Part shown: positions 53,089 to 63,174 of the stretch, one piece after another | Layout: each line of letters starts with the position of its first letter | How positions within the stretch are numbered: the first letter of the stretch is position 1 | DNA from: Proteobacteria bacterium CG1_02_64_396 | GTDB lineage: Bacteria > Pseudomonadota > MNWR01 > CG1-02-64-396 | Direction of reading: 5' to 3' | Assembly: GCA_001872725.1 (NCBI GenBank) | Contig: MNWR01000007.1 | Span: forward strand, 5,673-69,672 | DNA: 64,000 nucleotides | Made by a program: the position numbers and the translations under genes | Notes under the pieces: generated by a model | Database searches by the model: none | Seen by the model: only the letters and a program-made list of their open reading frames with translations | What the model was told of the DNA's origin: nothing

Positions 53089-53235
53089 ATGAAGCGCACC
53101 TACCAGCCCAGCCGTATCAAGCGTGCCCGCACCCACGGTTTCCGTGCCCGCATGGCGACCAAGAATGGCCGCAAGGTTCTCAACAATCGTCGCGCCAAGG
53201 GTCGGCATAGCTTGTCCGTTTCTAGCGACAACTAA
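53089..53235 (+). CDS. rpmH: 50S ribosomal protein L34 (48 aa), absent from the ORF track
   Basis: [39 protein letters not shown]. Confidence 0.97.
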   Translation: MKRTYQPSRIKRARTHGFRARMATKNGRKVLNNRRAKGRHSLSVSSDN

Positions 53236-53287
53236 GATTGTGAGGGCTGGGGCTCCGCAAGGCGCGCCAGGCGCCGCGGAGGCCCCT

Positions 53288-53710
53288 GTGTCGGTGAACG
53301 GCCCACAATCGGCCATCCCCCTGCCGAACAACCCCCGCGATCTTCCCTTTTCCGGGCAGCAATTCCCTCCGGAATGCCGGATTTTGCGTCGCGGCGAGTT
53401 CCAGGCCATCGCCCGCTTGGGGCGGCGGGAGCACACCCGTAACTTCGTGATCGTCCATCGCCCCTCGGTCGCCTCTTGGGCCCGCTTGGGGGTGACGGTT
53501 TCGAAGAAGGTCGCCAAGCAGGCGGTGCGGCGCAATCGCATCAAGCGGTTGATCCGCGAGGCCTTTCGCACCCTCCCCGAGGATCTGCGCCGTCGCCCCT
53601 TCGATTTGGTGGTGATCGCCCGCGCCTCCAGCGTTGATGTTGCGGGGGGCGCGCTCCTGAGCGAGATGCAAGCGGCGCTAACCCGTCTTCTGACCGGGAG
53701 AACGCGGTGA
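53288..53710 (+). CDS. rnpA: Ribonuclease P protein component
   Basis: RLGVTVSKK..AVRRNRIKRLIREAFR; start uncertain (GTG 53288 after GGAGG). Confidence 0.92.
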   Translation: MSVNGPQSAIPLPNNPRDLPFSGQQFPPECRILRRGEFQAIARLGRREHTRNFVIVHRPSVASWARLGVTVSKKVAKQAVRRNRIKRLIREAFRTLPEDLRRRPFDLVVIARASSVDVAGGALLSEMQAALTRLLTGRTR

Positions 53711-54024
53711 TTCACTGGTGGCGTACCCTCAGTCGTGTTCCATCTGGGATTCTGATTGGAATCGTCCGGGTGTATCGCTACGCCATCAGCCCCTTTTTCC
53801 CCCCCTCCTGTCGTTACTACCCTAGCTGTTCGGAGTACGCCGTCGGCGCGCTGCGTCATCATGGGGCGATCCGGGGGGGTATCCTTACGGTTTGGCGGAT
53901 CCTGCGTTGTAACCCCTGGTCGTCTGGGGGCGAGGATCCGGTGCCGCGACGGCATGAGCACACTACGTGCGATCATTCCCCATCCAACCTGAATACCGGG
54001 GATTCATCCCCCCGGCTCTCCTAA
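53707..54024 (+). CDS. yidD: Membrane protein insertion efficiency factor
   Basis: CRYYPSCSEY, RILRCNPW..GG.DPVP. Confidence 0.94.
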   Translation: MIHWWRTLSRVPSGILIGIVRVYRYAISPFFPPSCRYYPSCSEYAVGALRHHGAIRGGILTVWRILRCNPWSSGGEDPVPRRHEHTTCDHSPSNLNTGDSSPRLS

Positions 54025-54042
54025 CCATCCAGGAATCGATTC

Positions 54043-55722
54043 ATGGAAAAGCGGTTGCTCGCGGCTTTTGCCCTTTCCCTGCTGGTGATGGTCGGTTTCC
54101 AGTTCATGTTCACCCCCACGCCCCCCTTGCCGGGGAGCGAGGATCAAACCGCCCAGGTGGAGCAGCAAACCCAGGAGGGGGGTGGTGCAGCGGTCAGTGA
54201 CGCCGCTGTGACTGCCCTGCCAGGCGACGATACCGAGGGGGCGACCCCCCAGGTTGGACGGGGCGTCGGCAGCGAAGCGGGGGCGCAGGGCAGCACCACC
54301 AGCGCCGCCCAGCCCGAAATCGACCTGAGCGGCGCCGTGGTGCTGCACAACCAGCTTCTGCAACTAACCGTGTTGCCGGTGGGTGGTCGCATTGTCGATG
54401 CCGCCTTCCTGAAGTACCCCGTCGCCCCCGGTTCCGAGGAGCGGGTCCACCTGCTGCAGGCCGATGCCGAAAAGCGGGCCTTGATCCGCGAATGGTTCGA
54501 CGGTGACCAAACCCAAGCGCTGCCCCTGCCCACCACCCCCTTTGCGGTAACCGCCCAGAGCGATCAATCGCTCACCCTGACCTGGAGCAACCAGGAGGGG
54601 GTGACCTTCACCCGCACCATCACCATCGACAGCGACAAACCCTACCTCGTGCATTCGAACTGGACGGTCTCGAATGCGGCGGCGGTGGAGGGGGTTCGTT
54701 ATCACTGCGACCTAGTCGCCGTCCCCTTCGTCAAAGAATCGAACATGGTCAACTTCTACGACCATGCCGGACCCCAGGGGTACATCGGCGGGCAATGGAT
54801 GCAGGTTGAATACGACGAGGTGGGGGAGAAGCTCTTCCAGCTCCCCGGCACCCAAGGGTGGATCGGTCAGACCATCCCTTACTTCCTGGCCGCCGTCATG
54901 GCCCCCACCGACCGGGAGAGCATCGGCTACCTCGGTCAAGAGGGGCGGATGGTGGTGACAGGTCTTGCCTACCCCACCGGAGGGGCGAGCTGGAGCCAGG
55001 ATCTGTTCATCGGCCCGAAAGAGGTCGATTTGATGGAGGAGGTGGGTCGCGACCTGCCGCGGGCCATCGATTTTGGCTGGATCACCTTTCTGGGCCGTCC
55101 CCTGCTCGACCTGTTGGTCTTCTTCGAGGGTTATCTGGGCAACTGGGGTCTGGCGATCATCATGCTGACCCTAGCGATCAAGATCGTTCTCTTCCCACTG
55201 GCCAACGCCTCTTACAAGTCGCTCAACGGGATGCGCAAGCTGACCCCGAAGCTGCAAGAGCTCAAAGAGAAGTACAAGGACGACCGGCAGAAGCAGTCGC
55301 AAGAGATGATGGCGCTGTACCAGAAGCACAAGATCAATCCGATGGGGGGCTGCCTGCCCATCCTGATTCAGATTCCGATCTTCTTCGCGCTGTATCGGGT
55401 GTTCGCCAGCGCGGTCGAATTGCGCATGGCCCCCTTCTACGGCTGGATCACCGATATGACCGCCCAGGATCCCTACTACATCCTGCCGGTATTGTTCGGC
55501 ATCTCGATGTTCATTCAGCAGAAGCTCAACCCGGCCCCCGCCGACAAGATGCAGGAGCGGATCCTGTTGCTGCTGCCGGTGATCTTCACCTTCTTCTTCA
55601 TGACCTTCCCCTCGGGGTTGGTGCTCTACTGGTTGGTCAACAACGTGTTGTCGATTGCCCAGCAGGCCTACATCTACAAGAAGTTTTCCGACCCGCTGCC
55701 CGAAAAGGTCAGAAAAAAGTAA
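54043..55722 (+). CDS. yidC: Membrane protein insertase YidC
   Basis: GNWGLAII, NPMGGCLP, DPYYILP, PSGLVLYW. Confidence 0.96.
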   Translation: MEKRLLAAFALSLLVMVGFQFMFTPTPPLPGSEDQTAQVEQQTQEGGGAAVSDAAVTALPGDDTEGATPQVGRGVGSEAGAQGSTTSAAQPEIDLSGAVVLHNQLLQLTVLPVGGRIVDAAFLKYPVAPGSEERVHLLQADAEKRALIREWFDGDQTQALPLPTTPFAVTAQSDQSLTLTWSNQEGVTFTRTITIDSDKPYLVHSNWTVSNAAAVEGVRYHCDLVAVPFVKESNMVNFYDHAGPQGYIGGQWMQVEYDEVGEKLFQLPGTQGWIGQTIPYFLAAVMAPTDRESIGYLGQEGRMVVTGLAYPTGGASWSQDLFIGPKEVDLMEEVGRDLPRAIDFGWITFLGRPLLDLLVFFEGYLGNWGLAIIMLTLAIKIVLFPLANASYKSLNGMRKLTPKLQELKEKYKDDRQKQSQEMMALYQKHKINPMGGCLPILIQIPIFFALYRVFASAVELRMAPFYGWITDMTAQDPYYILPVLFGISMFIQQKLNPAPADKMQERILLLLPVIFTFFFMTFPSGLVLYWLVNNVLSIAQQAYIYKKFSDPLPEKVRKK

Positions 55723-55755
55723 AGCCGGGTTTGTAAGAATTCAGGATGCACTCCG

Positions 55756-55788
55756 AAGGGGGGAGAGATTGTTTCTCTCCCCCTTTTT
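55756..55788 (+). terminator. Terminator after yidC
   Basis: GGGGGAGAGA-loop-TCTCTCCCCC-TTTTT. Confidence 0.75.
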
Positions 55789-55819
55789 GTTGGGCCTACT
55801 CCGGCCCTGGAGGCGTGTC

Positions 55820-56272
55820 ATGGTGCGTATTTGGAAGATGGCGCTGTTGGGACTAGGTGTTCTGGGGTTCGGTGCGGGCTGGGCCTTGGCCGCCGAGCCG
55901 CCCCCCGTGGCGCCGCAGGTGTTGGCGGTGAAGATGTATGCCGATTGGTGCCCCGGTTGTCAGGCGATGGCCGGGGCCTGGAAACAAACCCAGGAGCGGT
56001 TGGCCGACCAGCCGGTGTTGTTCGTCAAACTCGACAAAACCACCCCGGACCTGGCCAAACAATCGGCGATGTTGGCCGAGCGGCTCGGTTTGGCGCTGCT
56101 TTACAGCGATCATCCCGGCACCGGCTTCGTGCTGCTGGTCGATCCCCAAAGCCACGCCCTGCTCGATACCCTCAATCCGATGATGAACGCCGACCAGATG
56201 GTGCGCCGGATTCAGGCCCATACCGGGTTGAGTGAAACAGGCGCGATGGGGGCGAAACACAGCGCCATGTAA
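55820..56272 (+). CDS. Exported thioredoxin-like protein
   Basis: Signal peptide, YADWCPGC; ATG at 55820 after GGAGG. Confidence 0.8.
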   Translation: MVRIWKMALLGLGVLGFGAGWALAAEPPPVAPQVLAVKMYADWCPGCQAMAGAWKQTQERLADQPVLFVKLDKTTPDLAKQSAMLAERLGLALLYSDHPGTGFVLLVDPQSHALLDTLNPMMNADQMVRRIQAHTGLSETGAMGAKHSAM

Positions 56273-56291
56273 TCCCCACAAGGGGGCGATT

Positions 56292-57632
56292 CTGAGCTCT
56301 TCAGCATTCACCGATACCATCGCCGCCGTCGCTACCCCTCCCGGTTTGGGCGGGGTGGCGATCGTGCGCGTCTCTGGCCCCGAGGTTGCCAGGGTTTTTC
56401 CGCTATTGCCCAAGCTCCCCGATCCTCCTCCCCCCCGCACCGCCTGTTTCACCCCCCTGGTCGATGACGCAGGGGAGGTGCTCGACGAGATCCTCGCCCT
56501 GTATTTTCCGGCGCCCCGCTCTTACACCGGCGAGGATGTGCTGGAGCTGCACCTGCACGGCAATCCCCACCTCTGCGCCGAGGTGCTCAGTTTGCTCGCC
56601 ACCCTCGACATTCGCCCCGCTCAACCGGGCGAATTCACCCGCCGCGCCTTTTTGAATGGCCGTCTCGATCTGACCCAGGCCGAGGCGGTAGAGAAAATCA
56701 TCCACGCCCCGACCCGCGAAGGGCGGCGGGCGGCGGTGCGGCTACTCGATGGGGGATTGGGGGAGGCGATTGGGCCGGTGCGGGAGGCCTTGATCGATCT
56801 GCTGGCTCAGGTCGAGGCCCACATCGATTTCGAGGTCGAGGAGAGCGGCGAGTCGGTCGCCCCCCAGCTTGAGGAGGGGCTCAAAACCCTGCTCCACGCC
56901 CTCGACCCTTGGGTCGCCAGCCGCCGCACCGCCGAGCGGCTCTTCGGCGGGGTGCGGGTGGTGCTGGCCGGGCGGCCCAACGTCGGCAAATCGAGCCTTT
57001 TCAACCGCTTGCTGGGTGAAGAGCGGGCCATCGTCACTGCCATCGCCGGAACGACCCGCGATCTGATCGACCGCGACGTGCATTTGGGCCCCTATCCGGT
57101 ACGGTTGATCGACACCGCCGGATTGCGGCAGACCGAGGATGTGATCGAGGCCGAAGGGGTGGGGCGCAGTCGTCGCAGCGCCGCGCAGGCCGATCTGCTG
57201 CTCTGGGTCAGCGACGACCCCGACGAAGCGCCCCCCGAGGATCTAACCCGCCCCTGCGACGTGCGCATCGACAACAAACGCGACGCCTGGGGGGGAACAT
57301 CGGGTTGGCAGGGGGAGCACCGCTTCGTTTGCGCCGCCAAGAGCGATCCCGACGAGGTGTTCGAGGCGCTGCGGGCCGGTTTGGGCCATCTGCTGGGGGA
57401 TGTGGGGGGCGAGGAGTCTCTCACCGCCACCGCCCGGCAAGGGCAGGCGCTGGCCGAAGCTCGGCAGCACCTGCTGGCGGCCCAAACCCTGCTGCGGGAC
57501 GATCCCGACGATTTGGAGTTGATCGCCGAGGAGCTACACGGCGCCGCCCACCGTCTGGCCGAGCTGCTCGGGGAGATCCACGGCGAGGATGTGCTCGACC
57601 GGGTGTTTTCGAGTTTTTGTATCGGGAAGTAG
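56292..57632 (+). CDS. mnmE: tRNA modification GTPase MnmE
   Basis: DTIAAVATP, SYTGED, GEFTRRAF, GRPNVGKS, GTTRD, FCIGK; start uncertain. Confidence 0.95.
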   Translation: MSSSAFTDTIAAVATPPGLGGVAIVRVSGPEVARVFPLLPKLPDPPPPRTACFTPLVDDAGEVLDEILALYFPAPRSYTGEDVLELHLHGNPHLCAEVLSLLATLDIRPAQPGEFTRRAFLNGRLDLTQAEAVEKIIHAPTREGRRAAVRLLDGGLGEAIGPVREALIDLLAQVEAHIDFEVEESGESVAPQLEEGLKTLLHALDPWVASRRTAERLFGGVRVVLAGRPNVGKSSLFNRLLGEERAIVTAIAGTTRDLIDRDVHLGPYPVRLIDTAGLRQTEDVIEAEGVGRSRRSAAQADLLLWVSDDPDEAPPEDLTRPCDVRIDNKRDAWGGTSGWQGEHRFVCAAKSDPDEVFEALRAGLGHLLGDVGGEESLTATARQGQALAEARQHLLAAQTLLRDDPDDLELIAEELHGAAHRLAELLGEIHGEDVLDRVFSSFCIGK

Positions 57633-57649
57633 GTCAGGGGGAGCGGGCG

Positions 57650-58681
57650 ATGGTGCGCTGGCGGGCAAGGGTGATGGTGCTGGTTGTGCTGGCCGGATGC
57701 GGCTCTTCAGCCTCCACCGGTCCGTCGTCGGGGGGTGACGGCACCGGAGCTTGGTCCCCCGCCGCCAGCGTGGTGGCCGAGATGGTCGGCTACACCAACA
57801 CTCTGGCGGCGACGATGCCGGGCATTGGCAGCCAGGGGTATCTTCCCCCCGATGCTGCCGCCTTAACGCACTGGGAAACTGCGGTGCAGGCCTTGGCCCA
57901 GGGGGATGGGGCGGCGGCGCAAACCGCGCTGGGCAATTTGCCCGGCTACCGCCTGGCCGAACTGAGCGATACCGGCGATGGCAACCGCCGCTACTGGGTG
58001 CTGGAGGAGTCCCCCGCCGTGCAACAGGGTTGGGGTACCCTGATGGTGAACCCCACCCCCCAGCGCGAGTTGCTCGTCGAGGTGCCCCACCCGGTGTTCG
58101 ATACCAACACCGCCGCCGAGGGGGCGCGGATCTTCCGGCAAACCGGCGCCCGCTACCTGCTGATTGCCGGAACCCACCGCTGCGCCAACACCGCCACCTC
58201 GACCTGCGCCGGGACCACCGGGGTTTGCGATGGCGGGGCGCCCTCCCCCTTTCGCACCTCGGACATGGGGCACAACGGCGATACCCCCTTCCAATCGGTC
58301 CATCGTCTGTTGATGACGGCCCACCCCAACCTGGTGGCGATCAGCCTGCACGGCAACGGCCAGGCCGAGTGTGGCGATCTGTTTTTAAGCAGCGGCTCCA
58401 CCACCACGGTCGACCCCCTTGTCGCCACGTTGCAGCAGAACTTCCCGGCCGGCTCCTCCCTGACGGTGTTGACCGTGGCCGACCCTGGGGTGACCTGCAC
58501 CCTGTTCGGCTCGACCAACGTTCAGGGGCGTCAGATCAACGGCAGTCCCTCCCCGTGCAGTCAATCGGCCAGCGCCACCTCGGGGCGTTTCATCCACATC
58601 GAACAAAGCCTGCGGGTGCGCTCTCAGGGGTATGATGCCGAGCTGATTCAAGCGCTGATCGCCACCTTCCCGGTATTGTGA
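57650..58681 (+). CDS. Putative lipoprotein, possible metallo-amidohydrolase fold
   Basis: Lipobox LAGC; EVPHP, SLHG, FIHIEQ motifs; several Cys. Confidence 0.65.
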   Translation: MVRWRARVMVLVVLAGCGSSASTGPSSGGDGTGAWSPAASVVAEMVGYTNTLAATMPGIGSQGYLPPDAAALTHWETAVQALAQGDGAAAQTALGNLPGYRLAELSDTGDGNRRYWVLEESPAVQQGWGTLMVNPTPQRELLVEVPHPVFDTNTAAEGARIFRQTGARYLLIAGTHRCANTATSTCAGTTGVCDGGAPSPFRTSDMGHNGDTPFQSVHRLLMTAHPNLVAISLHGNGQAECGDLFLSSGSTTTVDPLVATLQQNFPAGSSLTVLTVADPGVTCTLFGSTNVQGRQINGSPSPCSQSASATSGRFIHIEQSLRVRSQGYDAELIQALIATFPVL

Positions 58682-58688
58682 GGACGCC

Positions 58689-59408
58689 ATGACCCTAACC
58701 GTGTTGCAACATGTCCCTTTCGAAGGGCCCGCTGCCATCGCCGATTGGGCGCAATCGCGAGGGGTCGAGGTGCAGATTGTGCGTATGGATCAAAACCAAT
58801 CCCTCCCCGACCCCGAGTCGGTCGAGGGGTTGGTGGTCATGGGGGGGCCGATGGGGGTGGGGGATGGCGATCAATACCCCTGGATCGATCCCGAGCGCGA
58901 GTGGATTGGCCGGGTGCTCAAGCGGGGGGTACCGACCTTGGGCATCTGCCTGGGGGGGCAGTTGATGGCCGCCGCCTTAGGGGGGCAGGTCACCCGCAAT
59001 CAAGAAAAAGAGATCGGCTGGTTTCCCATCGAACGGACGCAAGAGGGGCAAGAGGAGGCAGTCGCCCCCTGGAATCCCCTGCTGCCCGAGCGGCTCATCC
59101 CCCTGCACTGGCACGGCGAGACCTTCTCGATCCCCGAGGGGGCAACCCGGCTGTACCAAAGCGCCGGGTGCGACAACCAGGCCTTCGCCTGGGGCGGGTG
59201 CGCCCTGGCGCTGCAATTCCATCTGGAATCGACGCAAGCCTCGGTGGCCGACCTGCTCAAACACGCCAAAGCCGACCTGGCCGAGCCCGGCCCCTTCGTA
59301 GCCTCTGCCCAGGCAATTCTTGAGGAGCGCGTCCAACACGAGCCGGTGAACCTCGCCCTACTCGAACAACTTTGTGACGCCCTGTTTCTTGGAAGCCCCC
59401 CCCCATGA
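58689..59408 (+). CDS. Class I glutamine amidotransferase-like protein
   Basis: MGGPM, GICLG, WHGE, LQFHLE. Confidence 0.9.
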   Translation: MTLTVLQHVPFEGPAAIADWAQSRGVEVQIVRMDQNQSLPDPESVEGLVVMGGPMGVGDGDQYPWIDPEREWIGRVLKRGVPTLGICLGGQLMAAALGGQVTRNQEKEIGWFPIERTQEGQEEAVAPWNPLLPERLIPLHWHGETFSIPEGATRLYQSAGCDNQAFAWGGCALALQFHLESTQASVADLLKHAKADLAEPGPFVASAQAILEERVQHEPVNLALLEQLCDALFLGSPPP

Positions 59409-60223
59409 GTTTGGCCGCCTGGTTTGCCGATCTGACCCCCTTTCAAATGGGGGTGACCGCCAGTTTCATCGCCGGGGGGATCGCCACCCCTCTCGGGGCT
59501 CTCCCGGTCTTTTTGATGAAGACGATCCGCGACCGCACGCGCCACATCCTGCTCGGCTTCGGCGCCGGGGTAATGCTGGCGGCGGTTTCGTTTTCGTTGA
59601 TCGTGCCTGGCCTGCAATCGGTTTTGGCCGGTGGGGGGAGCAAGGTCGAGGGGGCGTTGATTGTCGGGATGGGGATCATCCTGGGGGCGCTCGCCTTCCA
59701 CCTAGCCGACCGCTATGCCCCCCACGAGCATTTCTTCGCCGGTCGCGAGGGGAGTCTTCTGGGGGGGGGCGACGGCGATTGGGTGCGGCGGGTCTGGCTT
59801 TTCGTCATCGCCATCACGATCCACAACTTCCCCGAGGGGCTTTCGGTTGGGGTCGCCTTCGGGGGAGGGGAGAGTCCGACCGCCCTGGCGCTGGCCATCG
59901 GCATCGGCGCTCAGAACATCCCCGAGGGGTTGGTGGTGGCGGTCTCGCTGGTGGCGCTGGGCTACAAACCTGGGCTGGCGCTGGGGGTGGCGTTGCTCTC
60001 GGGGATGGTTGAACCGCTCGGGGCCTTGGTGGGGGCCGGTGCAGTCGCTTTGTCGCTGGTGCTGCTGCCGTGGTTTCTGGGGTTCGCGGCGGGGGCGATG
60101 CTGTTCGTGATTTCGGACGAGATCATCCCCGAGACCCATCGCCTGGGTAAGGAGCGCCCCGCCACCTTCGGGCTGATGATCGGCTTCATCTTGATGATGA
60201 CCCTCGATACCGCGTTGGGGTGA
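59405..60223 (+). CDS. ZIP (GufA/ZupT) family metal transporter
   Basis: IHNFPEG, QNIPEG, EIIPE. Confidence 0.92.
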   Translation: MSLAAWFADLTPFQMGVTASFIAGGIATPLGALPVFLMKTIRDRTRHILLGFGAGVMLAAVSFSLIVPGLQSVLAGGGSKVEGALIVGMGIILGALAFHLADRYAPHEHFFAGREGSLLGGGDGDWVRRVWLFVIAITIHNFPEGLSVGVAFGGGESPTALALAIGIGAQNIPEGLVVAVSLVALGYKPGLALGVALLSGMVEPLGALVGAGAVALSLVLLPWFLGFAAGAMLFVISDEIIPETHRLGKERPATFGLMIGFILMMTLDTALG

Positions 60224-60275
60224 AGCTCACCTTTCCCCCCCCGCCCACCCCCTTTGTACTGGAACAGGAGTCCCC

Positions 60276-63134
60276 ATGCCGCTGCATCCCCCCCGCATCA
60301 CCCCCTACCAAAGCCAGTTTTACGCCTGGCTCCTGACCCGCCGGGCGCCGGGGGGCAGCGTGGAGGCGCTGGCCGCCACCCTGGTTGATGCGCAGGTCGA
60401 CCTCAACCCCCATCAGGTCGAGGCGGCGCTGTTCGCCTGCAAAAATCCCCTTTCCCGTGGGGTGATCCTGGCCGACGAGGTGGGGCTGGGCAAAACCATC
60501 GAAGCGGGGTTGGTGATCTCGCAACGTTGGGCCGAACGGCGGCGGCGCATCCTCATCGTGGTTCCCGCCAACCTGCGCAAACAGTGGCATCAAGAACTGC
60601 AAGACAAGTTCGCCCTGCAAGGGGTGTTGCTGGAGGCCAAAAGTTACAACGCCTTGGTCAAACAGGGGGTGGCCAACCCCTTCGTCCAGGGTGATGGCCC
60701 CGTCATCTGCTCCTACCAGTTTGCCAAAACCAAGGCCGATAACCTGCGCCAGGTGCATTGGGATCTGGTGGTCTTCGACGAGGCCCACCGCCTGCGCAAT
60801 GTTTACAAGCCGGGCAACGTCATCGCCCGCACCCTGTGCGACGCCTTGGCGCACGTTCATGCCAAGGTGCTCCTCACCGCCACCCCTCTGCAAAACTCGC
60901 TGCTGGAGCTGTTCGGCCTGGTCAGCATCATCGACCCCCAGGTTTTTGGCGACGAGGCCAGTTTTCGGGCCCAGTTCACCGGGTCGCAGCAGGCGCTCCC
61001 GGATTTGCGCCGTCGCCTGACCCCCCTTTGCCTGCGCACCCTGCGCCGCGACGTGCAGCAGTACGTGTCGTACACCGCCCGTCGGGCCATCGTGCAGGCG
61101 TTCACCCCAACCGACGAAGAGCAGGCTCTGTCGGAGCAAATCACCGACTACCTGCGCCGCCCCAACCTCAAGGCGCTCCCCGCCGGGCAGCGCCACCTGA
61201 TTTCCATGGTGCTCTGGAAGCTGCTGGCCTCCTCCAGTTATGCCATCGCCGGAGCGCTGGAGACCATGGCCAAACGGTTGGAGGGGGAGCTGGAACAGGG
61301 GTTGGTCGAGGCGCTCGACGCCGATTACGAAGAGTTGAGTGAAACCGCCGACGAGTGGGACGAAGAGGAGCCCCCACCCCCCCCAGCGCCCGACGAACGC
61401 GATGCCATCGCCGCAGAGATCGCCGAACTGCGCCGCTTCAGTCAGCGGGCCGCCACCATCCGCGACAACACCAAGGGGCAGGCGCTGCTGACGGCGCTGG
61501 ACCGGGCTTTTGCCGAGTTGGAGCGGCTGGGGGCGCCGCGTAAGGCGATTGTTTTTACCGAGTCGCGCCGCACCCAGGACTACCTGCTGCGGTTGCTGGA
61601 GACCACCCCCTACGGGCAGGGGATCGTCCTGTTCAACGGCAGCAACAGCGACCCCCGCGCCCAGGCGATTTACCAGGATTGGTTGGGGCGCCACGCTGGC
61701 ACCGACCGCATCACCGGCTCCAAAACCGCCGACACCCGCGCCGCCCTGGTGGAACACTTCCGCGACCGGGGCACGGTGATGATTGCCACCGAGGCGGGGG
61801 CCGAGGGGATCAACCTGCAATTCTGCTCCCTGGTCATCAACTACGACCTGCCCTGGAACCCCCAGCGCATCGAACAACGCATCGGGCGTTGCCACCGCTA
61901 CGGGCAAAAATTCGACGTGGTGGTGGTCAACTTTGTCGACCAAAGCAACGAGGCCGACCAACGGGTCTACGAGTTGCTCGATCAGAAGTTTCAGCTTTTC
62001 GAAGGGGTGTTCGGCGCCAGCGACGAGGTGCTTGGCACCATCGAATCGGGGGTCGATTTCGAGCGGCGCATCGCCGGGATCTACCAGGATTGCCGCACGA
62101 ACGAGGCGATCCGGATCGCTTTCGACCAACTGCGGCGCGATTGCTCCGCCGAGATCGACAAAGCGATGGTTAAAACCCGCAAGGCGCTTCTGGAGCATTT
62201 CGACGAGCAGGTGCAGGAGCGGCTGCGCATCAGCGCCGACGAAAGCCGTAATACCCGCAGCCGTTTTGAGGCGATGTTGCTTGATTTGACCCACGCCGAG
62301 TTGGCAGGCGACGCCGACTTCGACGAGGTCGGTTTTACCCTGCGCCGCCTGCCCGCCGCCGCCCCCGCCGTCATCCCCCTGGGCCGCTACGAACTGCCCC
62401 GGCGCAGCGGCGAGGCCCACCTGTACCGGGTGGGTCACCCCCTGGCCGAATGGGTGCTGGGGCGCGCCAAAGGGCGCCCCCTTCCCCAGGCGCGGCTCAC
62501 CTTCGACTACCAGGCCCATGGGGTCACCGTCAGCACCTTGAAGGGGCTGCGCGGGCAGCGTGGTTGGCTGCGGGTCACCCTGTTGAGCGTGGAGGCGCTG
62601 GGGCAGCGGGAGGAACACCTGATCGTCGCCGCCTGCACCCAGCGCGGTCAGGTGTTGGACGAAGACGACCCCGCCAAGCTGCTGCGTCTGCCGGTCCACG
62701 GCGACCCCGTCCCCTTGGTTCGGGCCGATCCGGCCCCCCCCGAACTGGCGCAAGACGAAGAACAACGCAGGCAACAGGTGCTGCGCCAGGTTAACGAACG
62801 CAACCTGGGGTACTTCGACCAGGAGGTGGCCAAACTCGACGCCTGGGCCGACGACCTCAAACAGGGGTTGGAGCAGCAGATCAAACAGCTCGACCGGGAG
62901 ATCAAAGAGGCCCGTCGCCTTGCCGCCATCGCCCCCACGCTGGAGGAAAAACTGGCCCAGCGAAAGCAGCAGCGCGATCTAGAGGGGCAACGCAACCGGT
63001 TGCGCCGGGAGCAATACGACCGGGAAGACGAGATCGGCATCCAACGCAACGCCCTGATCGACGGCCTGGAGGCGCAATTGCGGCAAAAGGTTGATCAAAC
63101 AGAACTTTTTGCGATTGAATGGGCGCTGGTGTAA
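60276..63134 (+). CDS. SNF2-family helicase/ATPase
   Basis: LADEVGLGKT, DEAH, TATP, EGINLQ, QRIGRCHRYGQ; coiled-coil C-terminus. Confidence 0.92.
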   Translation: MPLHPPRITPYQSQFYAWLLTRRAPGGSVEALAATLVDAQVDLNPHQVEAALFACKNPLSRGVILADEVGLGKTIEAGLVISQRWAERRRRILIVVPANLRKQWHQELQDKFALQGVLLEAKSYNALVKQGVANPFVQGDGPVICSYQFAKTKADNLRQVHWDLVVFDEAHRLRNVYKPGNVIARTLCDALAHVHAKVLLTATPLQNSLLELFGLVSIIDPQVFGDEASFRAQFTGSQQALPDLRRRLTPLCLRTLRRDVQQYVSYTARRAIVQAFTPTDEEQALSEQITDYLRRPNLKALPAGQRHLISMVLWKLLASSSYAIAGALETMAKRLEGELEQGLVEALDADYEELSETADEWDEEEPPPPPAPDERDAIAAEIAELRRFSQRAATIRDNTKGQALLTALDRAFAELERLGAPRKAIVFTESRRTQDYLLRLLETTPYGQGIVLFNGSNSDPRAQAIYQDWLGRHAGTDRITGSKTADTRAALVEHFRDRGTVMIATEAGAEGINLQFCSLVINYDLPWNPQRIEQRIGRCHRYGQKFDVVVVNFVDQSNEADQRVYELLDQKFQLFEGVFGASDEVLGTIESGVDFERRIAGIYQDCRTNEAIRIAFDQLRRDCSAEIDKAMVKTRKALLEHFDEQVQERLRISADESRNTRSRFEAMLLDLTHAELAGDADFDEVGFTLRRLPAAAPAVIPLGRYELPRRSGEAHLYRVGHPLAEWVLGRAKGRPLPQARLTFDYQAHGVTVSTLKGLRGQRGWLRVTLLSVEALGQREEHLIVAACTQRGQVLDEDDPAKLLRLPVHGDPVPLVRADPAPPELAQDEEQRRQQVLRQVNERNLGYFDQEVAKLDAWADDLKQGLEQQIKQLDREIKEARRLAAIAPTLEEKLAQRKQQRDLEGQRNRLRREQYDREDEIGIQRNALIDGLEAQLRQKVDQTELFAIEWALV

Positions 63135-63174
63135 CGGCGCCCTTTGCCCGAACGCACGACGACTGGAGCCCGCG

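Noticed and set aside
57305..57649. Long N-terminal extensions in the ORF track (also nuoB, nuoE, cysK, gatC, hisIE, rnpA)
   Set aside because: They overlap upstream genes or REPs; downstream starts have an RBS or translational coupling and match family N-termini.
59761..59769. G9 tract in the ZIP gene as a phase-variation site
   Set aside because: The gene is in frame, and long G/C runs are common throughout this window.
60186..62774. 862-aa antisense ORF
   Set aside because: Shadow of the SNF2 gene; GC-rich codon bias suppresses antisense stops; no motifs.
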